From Parcubacteria group bacterium (GTDB taxonomy: Bacteria; Patescibacteriota; Minisyncoccia; UBA10092), in assembly GCA_016188835.1 (NCBI GenBank), contig JACPHB010000006.1, positions 1,877 to 65,876 on the forward strand: 64,000 bases of DNA, in the 5' to 3' direction. A program made the position numbers and the translations under genes. The notes under the pieces were generated by a model. That model was not told the DNA's origin. It worked only from the letters and a program-made list of their open reading frames with translations, and searched no databases. Of this stretch, positions 1 to 8,042 are shown piece after piece. Positions within the stretch are counted from its first letter, which is position 1. Each line of letters starts with the position of its first letter.

Positions 1-168
1 TCTGCCACCTCTCCGCTTCGGAGTCAATCAAAGTGCGCCCGTTGAAAGCAAATATTTTTACTTTCAACCCACTCGGCCACGCCTCCAGTAATGGCAATAT
101 TCTACATAAAAATTGGCGGTTTGTAAAATTAAATCAGGCAAAAAATAACGGCCGCAAAAGCCGTATAT

Positions 169-357
169 TTAAAAATATGTTTTTCTCAAAATTTCCTTTA
201 AGGAAATTTTGGCTTGATTTTTATGATTTTTATAAAAATTCACGATTAAAACCGGAAGCCCGATAATTAAAAGAGCAAAACCAATAATGGCAAAAATTAC
301 AATCATCACAATGAGCAGAGTCGCCGGCGCGCCGATTAAAACTTCCCAGATTGTCAT
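169..357 (-). CDS. small hydrophobic membrane peptide (62 aa); start overlaps stop of upstream 43-aa peptide (ATGA)
   Basis: ORF track; single strongly hydrophobic helix; translationally coupled to a second small TM peptide. Confidence 0.35.
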   Translation of the reverse strand: MTIWEVLIGAPATLLIVMIVIFAIIGFALLIIGLPVLIVNFYKNHKNQAKISLKEILRKTYF

Positions 358-485
358 TTGTCATTATCCTTTTCCCGCAATTTCGCGTTTCTGATATTTG
401 TTTTTCTAATATCTGAAGATATAAATAAACTAAGTAAAATTATAGCGGTTAAAACCAATATTTCAAAAATCCGCATCATGTCCAT
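354..485 (-). CDS. small hydrophobic membrane peptide (43 aa, MDMMRIFEILVLTAIILLSLFISSDIRKTNIRNAKLREKDNDK)
   Basis: Translated by hand from the minus strand (below the 60-aa ORF cutoff); one TM helix; ATGA stop/start overlap with 169..357. Confidence 0.3.
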   Translation of the reverse strand: MDMMRIFEILVLTAIILLSLFISSDIRKTNIRNAKLREKDNDK

Positions 486-587
486 CGCGCCGCTTCCCGA
501 TTTGAATCCGTAAATGTAAAAGGTCTTTAATAATATATTGCGCTTTTTTAATTAATTTATCAAACTATATATTGATTAGCGACTAGT

Positions 588-616
588 TTGCAAGTTTTAC
601 AAAATATGTTATAATA
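588..616 (+). promoter_or_regulatory. sigma70-like promoter: TTGCAA, 16 bp spacer, TGtTATAAT
   Basis: Near-consensus -35 and extended -10 about 60 bp upstream of the GTG-initiated ORF at 675. Confidence 0.4.
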
Positions 617-674
617 AAGTTAAGAATTGGGTCTTTAAATTCAATAAAATAAAAGCAGAGATAGGGGGCGACTA

Positions 675-911
675 GTGGCTGAGGAAATCTTTGTTGAGGA
701 AGTTTCGGATAATAGGTGCCGAGTTTCTCTTAGGGTTATGAATGTAAGATTTGTATTTATTCGTAAACCCGGCGGCGGCATAAAACTTTTTCCTAAAAGT
801 AAACCCGGGGCGCAAGTCCATGATCCTGACGTCTGCTGGGTGCCCGATCACATGTTTCGCGCCGCCTATCGGCAAGCGGCGGCGATTCTTACGGAAAAAC
901 GAAATAAGTAA
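675..911 (+). CDS. hypothetical protein (78 aa), GTG start with strong GGGGG Shine-Dalgarno
   Basis: ORF track; SD agGGGGGcg 7 nt upstream; GC content higher than surroundings; no recognisable family. Confidence 0.4.
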   Translation: MAEEIFVEEVSDNRCRVSLRVMNVRFVFIRKPGGGIKLFPKSKPGAQVHDPDVCWVPDHMFRAAYRQAAAILTEKRNK

Positions 912-980
912 GATAAATTAGTTGCTTTTTTATGGCTCCATTTGCGGAGCCTTTTTAAATTGGCAGGATTTTTATGGGCC

Positions 981-1030
981 CAAAAAAAAGCCCCGACAGC
1001 GCGCGAGGCGAAACCTCGCACGCTGTCGGG
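981..1030 (-). terminator. rho-independent terminator for 1036..1542 (GC hairpin cccgacagcg..cgctgtcggg followed by U-run on minus strand)
   Basis: Perfect 17-bp GC-rich stem, then A8 on the plus strand (U8 in the minus transcript), immediately 3' of the gene. Confidence 0.6.
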
Positions 1031-1035
1031 TACAA

Positions 1036-1542
1036 CTAGGCGCCGTCTCGTGAGAAGCGCCTGAAAGTGAACGTGCCGCTATCGTACTGGTTCCGGTACG
1101 TCCCTTTCAGGGTCAGCGGCCCATCCATCCAAAACTTCATCTCGCTTCCGCCGCCTTCGATGCCGCTCGAGGCGGCATCGATGATCAGATTCCCACTCTC
1201 ATTTACCTTCCCGATGGAAAGCGACGAGAATGCCGGTGCCGGAGGGGCCGGTACCTGGAACATGACTATCATCACAAGATCGTCGGTCACCGTGGTGATG
1301 GCGCGCATCGGCGCGCTATCACCCTTGTCCGACTTCCACTGGCCGGTCCAGGCGCCGGCGAACAACCCGATGTCACTTCCTCCGGCAATTGCCGGAGAGA
1401 CCACAATAATGATGCTGTCGCCCTTACCCGACTTCCACTCGCCGGTCCAGGCGCCGGCGAACAACCCGATGTCACTTCCTCCGGCAATTGCCGGAGAGAC
1501 CACAAGAATGATTGAGAACAGAACCGCGACCATAGTTCTCAT
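1036..1542 (-). CDS. secreted protein with N-terminal signal peptide and two tandem 33-aa repeats (VVSPAIAGGSDIGLFAGAWTGEWKSGKGDS); GC-rich
   Basis: ORF track; hydrophobic N-terminus ending AIAGG; internal exact repeat; about 58% GC versus an AT-rich genome. Confidence 0.6.
   Translation of the reverse strand: MRTMVAVLFSIILVVSPAIAGGSDIGLFAGAWTGEWKSGKGDSIIIVVSPAIAGGSDIGLFAGAWTGQWKSDKGDSAPMRAITTVTDDLVMIVMFQVPAPPAPAFSSLSIGKVNESGNLIIDAASSGIEGGGSEMKFWMDGPLTLKGTYRNQYDSGTFTFRRFSRDGA
1331..1528. repeat. tandem direct repeat 2 x 99 bp (1331-1429, 1430-1528) inside the secreted-protein gene
   Basis: Near-identical 99-nt units seen directly in the sequence; they encode the 33-aa protein repeat. Confidence 0.8.
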
Positions 1543-1692
1543 TGCTTTGTCCTCCTATAGGGACGGTTTAGAGAGTTTTAAGCTACTGTCCGATGCTACA
1601 ATAATATCATAATTAACGTATTTTGTCAAATCTTGCTTTTTTCATAAATATATCGTATAATTCAATTACTGTAAAACAAGAGGAGATGCGAA

Positions 1693-2103
1693 ATGACAAA
1701 GTCGTTTATAGTTCTTTGTTTTGCTGTAATTATCGCTCTTTTTTGTGCTATCGCTGTTGAGGCAAATGAAGCCAATAATTCCAACGAAGTTGTTAATATA
1801 ACTGAATGGCTCGGGTGTTGGAAAGGCGAATGGACGTTTCTTGAAGCAAATATGAGCGGCAAGCTTGTGCTGACCATAATGGAAATAACCAGCGAAGGAA
1901 AAGGAAAAGCTATACTTTATACTGAAGGGCCAGCATCATATCACAATAAAAACCAGCCAGCGCGCATAGAAGTAGTCGGAAATCGCTTAACAGTTGAAGT
2001 TTTCAAATTTATCGTTTATCAGTTTGTGCGCGAAGGTGATGAGTTGCAGGGAGATGGAATTGGAGGTGTGCGCGTTACAGCAAAATTGCGAAAAAATAAA
2101 TAA
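1693..2103 (+). CDS. secreted hypothetical protein (signal peptide; shares a G-x-W-x-G-E-W motif with the 1036..1542 protein)
   Basis: ORF track; RBS aggag 8 nt upstream; cleavable signal peptide ...AIAVEA. Confidence 0.55.
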   Translation: MTKSFIVLCFAVIIALFCAIAVEANEANNSNEVVNITEWLGCWKGEWTFLEANMSGKLVLTIMEITSEGKGKAILYTEGPASYHNKNQPARIEVVGNRLTVEVFKFIVYQFVREGDELQGDGIGGVRVTAKLRKNK

Positions 2104-2106
2104 ATT

Positions 2107-2140
2107 AATCGCCCTATTTATTGGGCGTTTTTTTATTTTT
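2107..2140 (+). terminator. rho-independent terminator (cgccc-tatttatt-gggcg then T-run)
   Basis: Hairpin plus T7 directly after the stop at 2103. Confidence 0.55.
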
Positions 2141-2162
2141 TAAAATATAGTATGCTTTCAAT

Positions 2163-2561
2163 ATGGATTTTTTCGAAAAACCAATAACCGAGGACGAAAA
2201 AGCAATCGCCGAAGTATTAGAAAAGATGAATAACGCGGTACGCTTGAAAAATGTTGATATTTTAGAATCAATAGTATCAGATAATGCCCAGATTGCCATA
2301 TTCGATAAAAATTGGCAGCCTATTTGTGTAAACAAAAAATCTTACCTTGAGCACATGAAAGCAATAATGCCGGAGATAATAAAATTTGATTATAAAGATG
2401 CGCTGATTAGAGTAGTGAGTGATACAACGGCGGAAGTTACTTGCAGTCGTCTACTAATATTCTCCGATCCCATGAGAAACATGCTTCATGGCCGCTATTT
2501 TAAATTTCAGAAGGAGAACGAAGAATGGCATTTAACAAAAGCTGACTATATTGGTTCATGA
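2163..2561 (+). CDS. NTF2-like / SnoaL-like fold protein (DUF4440-like), hypothetical
   Basis: Size and sequence pattern are typical of NTF2-like proteins; weak assignment. Confidence 0.35.
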   Translation: MDFFEKPITEDEKAIAEVLEKMNNAVRLKNVDILESIVSDNAQIAIFDKNWQPICVNKKSYLEHMKAIMPEIIKFDYKDALIRVVSDTTAEVTCSRLLIFSDPMRNMLHGRYFKFQKENEEWHLTKADYIGS

Positions 2562-3394
2562 AAAGATTTCTTAAAAAAATTAATTTTTCAAAACTTTCAT
2601 ATCGACTTCCAATAATTTTATTTTCTAGCGCGACTGCTAAAAATATAGCAGAAGCGCTTACTTCAATATACAATAATGCAGGCGCGAAGTCGGATGCCGC
2701 GCGGGCTCTCGCGAAACAAACTATATTGGAAGTAAAAAAAATATTGCCGCTCACGCATAAAGAAAACCAGATAAGAAAAAAAATTGATTTTTTGCGCGAG
2801 ACAATCATAAAAAATCTTGGTGGTCGGACTGATGCGATTTATGAAAATATCAAACAGTGGATAATGGGTGATAGAATTCTCGATCTCGGCAGTGGGGCGG
2901 GAGATGTCGGAGAAAAAATTAAAACAAAAATGGACAAAAATGTAGTTCTCGCCGATACAAATAATTTTAATAAAGCCAGTCTTCCATTTTTATTATATGA
3001 TGGGAATAAATTGCCATTTGGCGACGGATCTTTTGATACGGTACTTCTTATAACCGTCCTACATCACGCTTCCAATTACACTAATGTATTAGGGGAAGCA
3101 AGGCGGGTCGCATCCAGAATTATTGTTATTGAAACAATTTATGGAGGAGAAACGGCCAGTGAGCTTAATGAAAACTTAAATCGCACAATTTTTCTTGATT
3201 GGTTTTACAATAGAGTGCTCCTGAATTATGATATCGATATCCCGTGCAATTTTGCCACTGAACAGGAGTGGCGCGCGAGGTTTAATAATTTTGGTCTGGT
3301 GATGGTTTATTCAAGAAAAATAGAATTTGGTGCCCTGGTTCCATTTTTAAGCCACCAGCTATTTGTATTAAATTCAGGCGGAGCGCAGATGTAA
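2558..3394 (+). CDS. class I SAM-dependent methyltransferase
   Basis: Motif I ILDLGSGAGDVG and motif post-II FDTVLLITVLHH; 4-bp start/stop overlap with upstream gene. Confidence 0.75.
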   Translation: MKRFLKKINFSKLSYRLPIILFSSATAKNIAEALTSIYNNAGAKSDAARALAKQTILEVKKILPLTHKENQIRKKIDFLRETIIKNLGGRTDAIYENIKQWIMGDRILDLGSGAGDVGEKIKTKMDKNVVLADTNNFNKASLPFLLYDGNKLPFGDGSFDTVLLITVLHHASNYTNVLGEARRVASRIIVIETIYGGETASELNENLNRTIFLDWFYNRVLLNYDIDIPCNFATEQEWRARFNNFGLVMVYSRKIEFGALVPFLSHQLFVLNSGGAQM

Positions 3395-3396
3395 TC

Positions 3397-4164
3397 ATGA
3401 TAAATGACATACTAAATATAAGCGGGAAAACCGCCCTAGTCACCGGCTCTACGCAAGGCATCGGCCGTTCAATCGCCGAAAAGCTTTGCCGGCATGGGTC
3501 GCATGTTTTCGTCAACTCTCGTGAAAATAATGAAGTAATAAAATGCATTGACGAGCTTCGAAATGCAGGATGTTCTGTCGATGGCCTGTCGGGGGACGGC
3601 ACGATTGAAGAATTTGTTGTTGAAAGCGTTAAAAAAATCTGCAATGAGCGGAGCAAAATTGATATTCTAGTAAATAATATAGGCGCGTATGAGCAACTGG
3701 AAATTGAGGATATTTCTCTTGACCATTGGCATCAATATATTGATGCCAATCTCACGAGCGCTTTCTTATGGATTCGCGAGGTTGTGCCATATATGAAAAA
3801 AAATGGGGGAGGAAAAATTATAAATATTGCTTCTATTGCAGGAATCATTGGAAGAGAGCGGAACGCGCATTATAACGCCGCCAAAGGAGGCCTTATTGCT
3901 TTTTCGAAAGGGCTTTCAAAAGATCTCGGCCCATTTAACATTAGAATAAATATTGTTGCTCCGGGATTAATTCTTACGCAAACAGTCCAAAAAATTGCTA
4001 ACGGAAATAAAATTTTTTTAAATTCCAATTTAGAAAAAACGCCTCTCCAAAGGTTGGGGACTCCGGATGACGTTGCTAATGCGGTTTTGTTTTTTGCCTC
4101 CGATTTATCCGATTTTATTACGGGGCAGGTGCTCATAATAGACGGCGGATTTTCAAGCACATAA
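3397..4164 (+). CDS. SDR family oxidoreductase (FabG-like 3-oxoacyl reductase fold)
   Basis: TGSTQGIGRSIA cofactor motif, NNIG, catalytic Y-x3-K (AHYNAAKGG). Confidence 0.85.
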   Translation: MINDILNISGKTALVTGSTQGIGRSIAEKLCRHGSHVFVNSRENNEVIKCIDELRNAGCSVDGLSGDGTIEEFVVESVKKICNERSKIDILVNNIGAYEQLEIEDISLDHWHQYIDANLTSAFLWIREVVPYMKKNGGGKIINIASIAGIIGRERNAHYNAAKGGLIAFSKGLSKDLGPFNIRINIVAPGLILTQTVQKIANGNKIFLNSNLEKTPLQRLGTPDDVANAVLFFASDLSDFITGQVLIIDGGFSST

Positions 4165-4167
4165 AAA

Positions 4168-4200
4168 GGTTCCCAAAGGGGGAACCTGATTTATTTCTTT
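4168..4200. terminator. bidirectional terminator hairpin ggttccc-aaag-ggggaacc flanked by A/T runs
   Basis: Lies between convergent genes 3397..4164(+) and 4191..4373(-). Confidence 0.5.
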
Positions 4201-4373
4201 TTTTCAAACCGTAAAACCGGAAAAAATTTAGCGTCTTCGTAATCTGAAGCGAATTTTTCATCAACTAAAATAAATTTTTCCTCTAAACAAGAAAATATTT
4301 CTTCTTTTGTCTGCGCCGTCCAGTCGGTGCGGTTTTTGCAGCGCGAAAAAAGTTCTTCTATAAAGCCTCGCAA
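4191..4373 (-). CDS. small hypothetical protein (60 aa)
   Basis: ORF track only; positioned downstream of the 4405..5070 gene on the same strand. Confidence 0.25.
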   Translation of the reverse strand: MRGFIEELFSRCKNRTDWTAQTKEEIFSCLEEKFILVDEKFASDYEDAKFFPVLRFEKKK

Positions 4374-4404
4374 GAATTCGTCACTGGTTTCTGAAATAAT
4401 TTTT

Positions 4405-5070
4405 TCAAATACGGGAATAGCTGTTTTTATGTTTTTTTATGTTTAATCTTTTGGTATTAAAATCGGCTGTCGCGTCAACAATTTTAGCTATGATCATTTC
4501 GCGCAATTGCGGCCTATTGCTATTATCGCGATGCAAGCGGAGCAAATTCGTTTTTATTATCTCTTCTATGTTTTGGTCGGCTCGCACCAAGTCGCAAAAA
4601 TGAACACGAGAAACAAAATTTCTTCCCGGTTTTAAAATTCGCGCTATTTGGTCGCGAAGGATTTTTTGCCGCGGCACGGAAAGCAGCCACCACATAAAAT
4701 CTCCGATCACTAAATCAAAATAATCTGAAAAGAAAGGCATTTCGCACCAATCAGCTATAATCCACGTTTCATTTTTTGGATTTGAGTAACGAAGGAATTT
4801 AGTGGCCGCCCCAACCATTTCCGGGCAGATATCGATTAAAACTATGTTCCCGCCGTTCTGCGCGATTAAATCTCTCAACTCGGGTGTTGCGCCAAACAGG
4901 AGTACTCGACCACTTAACTTTTCTCCGGCCAGCGTTTGGTATATATCAATGTCTCCCGATGATGGCCGCCAGGGAGACCACCGGTCGCCCCATCCTTTAG
5001 CGTATCCGCTCCATATATTCCTTATATCATTAAGAGAGCCGAGAAATCCAAGTTGAGTATTTATGAGCAT
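4405..5070 (-). CDS. putative class I SAM-dependent methyltransferase
   Basis: Rossmann-like VLLFGATPEL ... IVLIDICPEMV pattern; moderate confidence. Confidence 0.45.
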   Translation of the reverse strand: MLINTQLGFLGSLNDIRNIWSGYAKGWGDRWSPWRPSSGDIDIYQTLAGEKLSGRVLLFGATPELRDLIAQNGGNIVLIDICPEMVGAATKFLRYSNPKNETWIIADWCEMPFFSDYFDLVIGDFMWWLLSVPRQKILRDQIARILKPGRNFVSRVHFCDLVRADQNIEEIIKTNLLRLHRDNSNRPQLREMIIAKIVDATADFNTKRLNIKKHKNSYSRI

Positions 5071-5149
5071 TTCTCCTTATTTTAAGGAACTTATTATGTA
5101 TTTTGTATGTTAACAAGTTATAATTTATAATCAACCTGTTTTTCGTATT

Positions 5150-6523
5150 ATGCAAATGGAAAAAATGACGCTTGTTAAAAATTTAGCTAAAAAAATAATT
5201 TGCGCTGCACCGCTTTCAGTTGAACTAAGCGGAAATTTTAAGCTTTTGTTTGAATTATTTTCGCCTTCGGATAAAATTATTCAAGATTGGGTTCTACGCC
5301 AGACGGATTTTTTTTCGGAAAATGATTGGGAAGAAATTCAGCTTATAAAACTTAAAAAAATTTTAATTCACGCCGGAGAAAATGTTTCTTATTGGCAAAA
5401 ACTTTTTAAAGAAATCAATTTCAACCCCGAAACATTTAAAGATTTTTCGCAGTTGCAAAAAATTTCTCCGATTACTAGAGCGGAAATAAAAAAAAATCCA
5501 ATCGAAGAGTTTACTGCTGAAAATATTTCCCGATGGCGTTTTAGAGAAGCGATTACCTCCGGTTCAACCGGCGAGCCGCTGAAATTCTTTCAAGACCTTC
5601 GCGATAATCTGCGGCGGGAAGTAAATACTTTTCACGAATTAAGATACGCTGGCGCTTCATATCGCGACCATATAGCGGTGTTGGGAATGGAATCGCACCA
5701 CGATTTAAATAATTTTGGCAGGCGATTCGGCAGCGCCGAGTGGGGCGATGACAAGTTCCGGCAGTCGGTTATTTATCCTTACCTGAAATTAAAACCAGCA
5801 ACGCTTATTGCCAATGGAAGCGATTTGCGAAGGTTTTTATTTTTAACCCGAAAGGAAGCTCCGGATGTAATTTTTAAAACTTTAATGTACCGGGGCGAAC
5901 ACATAAGAGAGTCGGAACGCGATAACATTTCTAGATTTTTCAAATGCCCGATTTTTACCAATTATGGCAGTCGTGAGTGTTCGCTTTTAGGAATTGAATG
6001 CGAATATCACAAGTTGCATTTGGCGCCGTGGATGAATTATTTTGAAATTGTATCAGATGATGGCAAGGCGGTTCCCGATGGCCAGGAAGGCAATGCGGTT
6101 GTAACTTTTTTTGAAAATTTTGTTGTGCCTTTTATAAGATATAAAATTGGCGACAAGGCGGCAATAAATTCGGAATTGTGTTTTTGCGGCCGAAAATCAA
6201 AAATCATTGCCTTTTCCGGCCGGGAATCGGATTTTATCAAGTTTCCGGATTCAAGTAAAAGCTTGTCAATTCTTGATTTGGCGCGGCGCATTGATGAAAA
6301 TTACTATAATGAGATCAGGCAATATCAATTTGAATTGAGGAGTGAAAAACTGATAGTATTTCGTTATATTCCAAATGCAGATTTAACTGAAACGGAAAAG
6401 AAACGTTTAAGCGGTTTGCTGGAGGAAGCCCTGGAATGCCAATTTCACGTTGTGCTGGAAGAAACTGCGGCAATAAATCCATCTGCCGGCGGTAAAACCC
6501 AGATTTTAATAAGAAATTTATAA
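5150..6523 (+). CDS. adenylate-forming enzyme, phenylacetate-CoA ligase / coenzyme F390 synthetase (CapK/PaaK) family
   Basis: AMP-binding P-loop TSGSTGEPLKF; about 450 aa, typical of CapK-like enzymes in capsule/glycan loci. Confidence 0.7.
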   Translation: MQMEKMTLVKNLAKKIICAAPLSVELSGNFKLLFELFSPSDKIIQDWVLRQTDFFSENDWEEIQLIKLKKILIHAGENVSYWQKLFKEINFNPETFKDFSQLQKISPITRAEIKKNPIEEFTAENISRWRFREAITSGSTGEPLKFFQDLRDNLRREVNTFHELRYAGASYRDHIAVLGMESHHDLNNFGRRFGSAEWGDDKFRQSVIYPYLKLKPATLIANGSDLRRFLFLTRKEAPDVIFKTLMYRGEHIRESERDNISRFFKCPIFTNYGSRECSLLGIECEYHKLHLAPWMNYFEIVSDDGKAVPDGQEGNAVVTFFENFVVPFIRYKIGDKAAINSELCFCGRKSKIIAFSGRESDFIKFPDSSKSLSILDLARRIDENYYNEIRQYQFELRSEKLIVFRYIPNADLTETEKKRLSGLLEEALECQFHVVLEETAAINPSAGGKTQILIRNL

Positions 6524-6541
6524 CGCCATAATACACTGGGT

Positions 6542-7642
6542 ATGAACGAACTATTTCTAAAATTAAAAATTATCAACGCTTTGGCCGGAATTGTTTTGAA
6601 AGGAAAAAATGTTGGCGATTTCATATTGGGCAAGTCGGTAAGAATTTTTGAACGCGCGCTCGCGGAATATGCCGGTTCCAAATATGCTTTCGGAGTGGCG
6701 AGCGGCACCGATGCCTTGATTCTTTCTCTTAAGGCCTGCGGTATCGGGCCGGGGGATGAAGTAATTGTGCCGGCGGTGGGTTTTTACTCAAGCGCCGGCG
6801 CCGTTTCTTGGGTTAACGCCAAACCGGTGTTTGTAGATGTAAGTCCAAAAGACCACAATATTGACGTTTTAAAAATAGAAAAAGCGATAAGCCCGAAAAC
6901 CAAAGCCATTATCATTGTCCATTTAAATGGTCGGATGGCGGATATGGATGAAATTTTGCGGATTGCCGAGAAAAGATCTCTTAAAGTCATCGTTGACGCT
7001 TCTCATGCCATCGGTTCGCGCTATAGAGAAAAACCCATTGGTAATTTCGGAGATTTAATTTGCCTAAGTTTGAATCCCACTAAAACGCTCGGCGGTTGCG
7101 GTGATGGAGGAGTAATATTGGCGAACGACGAAGCGCTGGCTCAAAAAATTTCCCGGTTAAGAATCTATGGCGCTTCGCGGTGGATAGAAGTTTATTGGAA
7201 CAACGCTATAGTTGGAACAGCCAGCCGGCTCGGCACGCTTGAGGCCGCGGTTTTAAATGAAAAATTGCCATATCTTGATTCTTTTATAAATCGCCAACGA
7301 GAAAATTATTTTATATATAAAGAAATTTTAGGAAATATCAAAGATTTGGAATGGCCAGAAGAATATCAAGATTATTTTATAAACGGCTACCGCTTGCCGA
7401 TTCTTACAAAAAGAAGAGATGACCTGATAAATTATCTTTCAAATAAGGGCGAAAAATTGTACAATATGTATCCCGTACCCCTGCCTTACCTGCCGGTTTT
7501 TAAAAATTTAGGATATAAAGAAGGCGACTTCAAAGTCGCCGAAAAAATTGCGGGGGAGTGCAAGAACTATATCGTGAGGATCTGCTTTCCAATGTCCTCG
7601 GTCATAAATGACATTCCCTACAAGATGAGTGTTTTGGTATAG
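6542..7642 (+). CDS. DegT/DnrJ/EryC1/StrS family PLP-dependent sugar aminotransferase
   Basis: GVASGTDAL, GDEVIVPA, SLNPTKTLGGCGDGG (PLP-lysine region); C-terminal ...GDFKVAEKIAGE motif. Confidence 0.85.
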   Translation: MNELFLKLKIINALAGIVLKGKNVGDFILGKSVRIFERALAEYAGSKYAFGVASGTDALILSLKACGIGPGDEVIVPAVGFYSSAGAVSWVNAKPVFVDVSPKDHNIDVLKIEKAISPKTKAIIIVHLNGRMADMDEILRIAEKRSLKVIVDASHAIGSRYREKPIGNFGDLICLSLNPTKTLGGCGDGGVILANDEALAQKISRLRIYGASRWIEVYWNNAIVGTASRLGTLEAAVLNEKLPYLDSFINRQRENYFIYKEILGNIKDLEWPEEYQDYFINGYRLPILTKRRDDLINYLSNKGEKLYNMYPVPLPYLPVFKNLGYKEGDFKVAEKIAGECKNYIVRICFPMSSVINDIPYKMSVLV

Positions 7643-7978
7643 CGTTAAAGTATAAAGACCGCCGTAATAATCCATCATTTCTAATGTTATCGCGTTACCG
7701 TCAATATAGATCTTAATGTATTCAAGCGATTGCCAGTTTAGATTCGCGTTAATTGCCCAACCGCTTCTTTCTTTACGGATTTCAGAAATTTGCAAAGCTA
7801 CATCGCGATTATTCATTTTATACCAAGTAGAATCCTTGATATAACCATACCAATTTCCAATTAAAAACTTCTGAACTCGCTCTTCCTGTTTTTCGGAAGA
7901 GGAATAAGGGATGGCGGTGGCGGAGGCGCACCCGGTTGTCAACGCCGCGATTAAAAGAACAAGCAAGTGTCTTTTCAT
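7508..7978 (-). CDS. lipoprotein (signal peptide with lipobox LTTGC), hypothetical
   Basis: MKRHLLVLLIAALTTGCASATA; its 3' end overlaps the DegT 3' end by 135 nt. Confidence 0.55.
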   Translation of the reverse strand: MKRHLLVLLIAALTTGCASATAIPYSSSEKQEERVQKFLIGNWYGYIKDSTWYKMNNRDVALQISEIRKERSGWAINANLNWQSLEYIKIYIDGNAITLEMMDYYGGLYTLTLYQNTHLVGNVIYDRGHWKADPHDIVLALPRNFFGDFEVAFFIS

Positions 7979-8042
7979 TTCTATCTCCTCGGTGATTTTG
8001 GGCTACTGTGTTGTGATATAATCATATCATAAATAAAATAAT

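Noticed and set aside
33-266. 77-aa plus-strand ORF at the window start
   Set aside because: It overlaps the better-supported minus-strand membrane-peptide gene, and it has no RBS or promoter.
1067-1612. 181-aa plus-strand ORF
   Set aside because: It is antisense to the secreted repeat-protein gene. It has no RBS, and the minus-strand gene has a signal peptide and a terminator.
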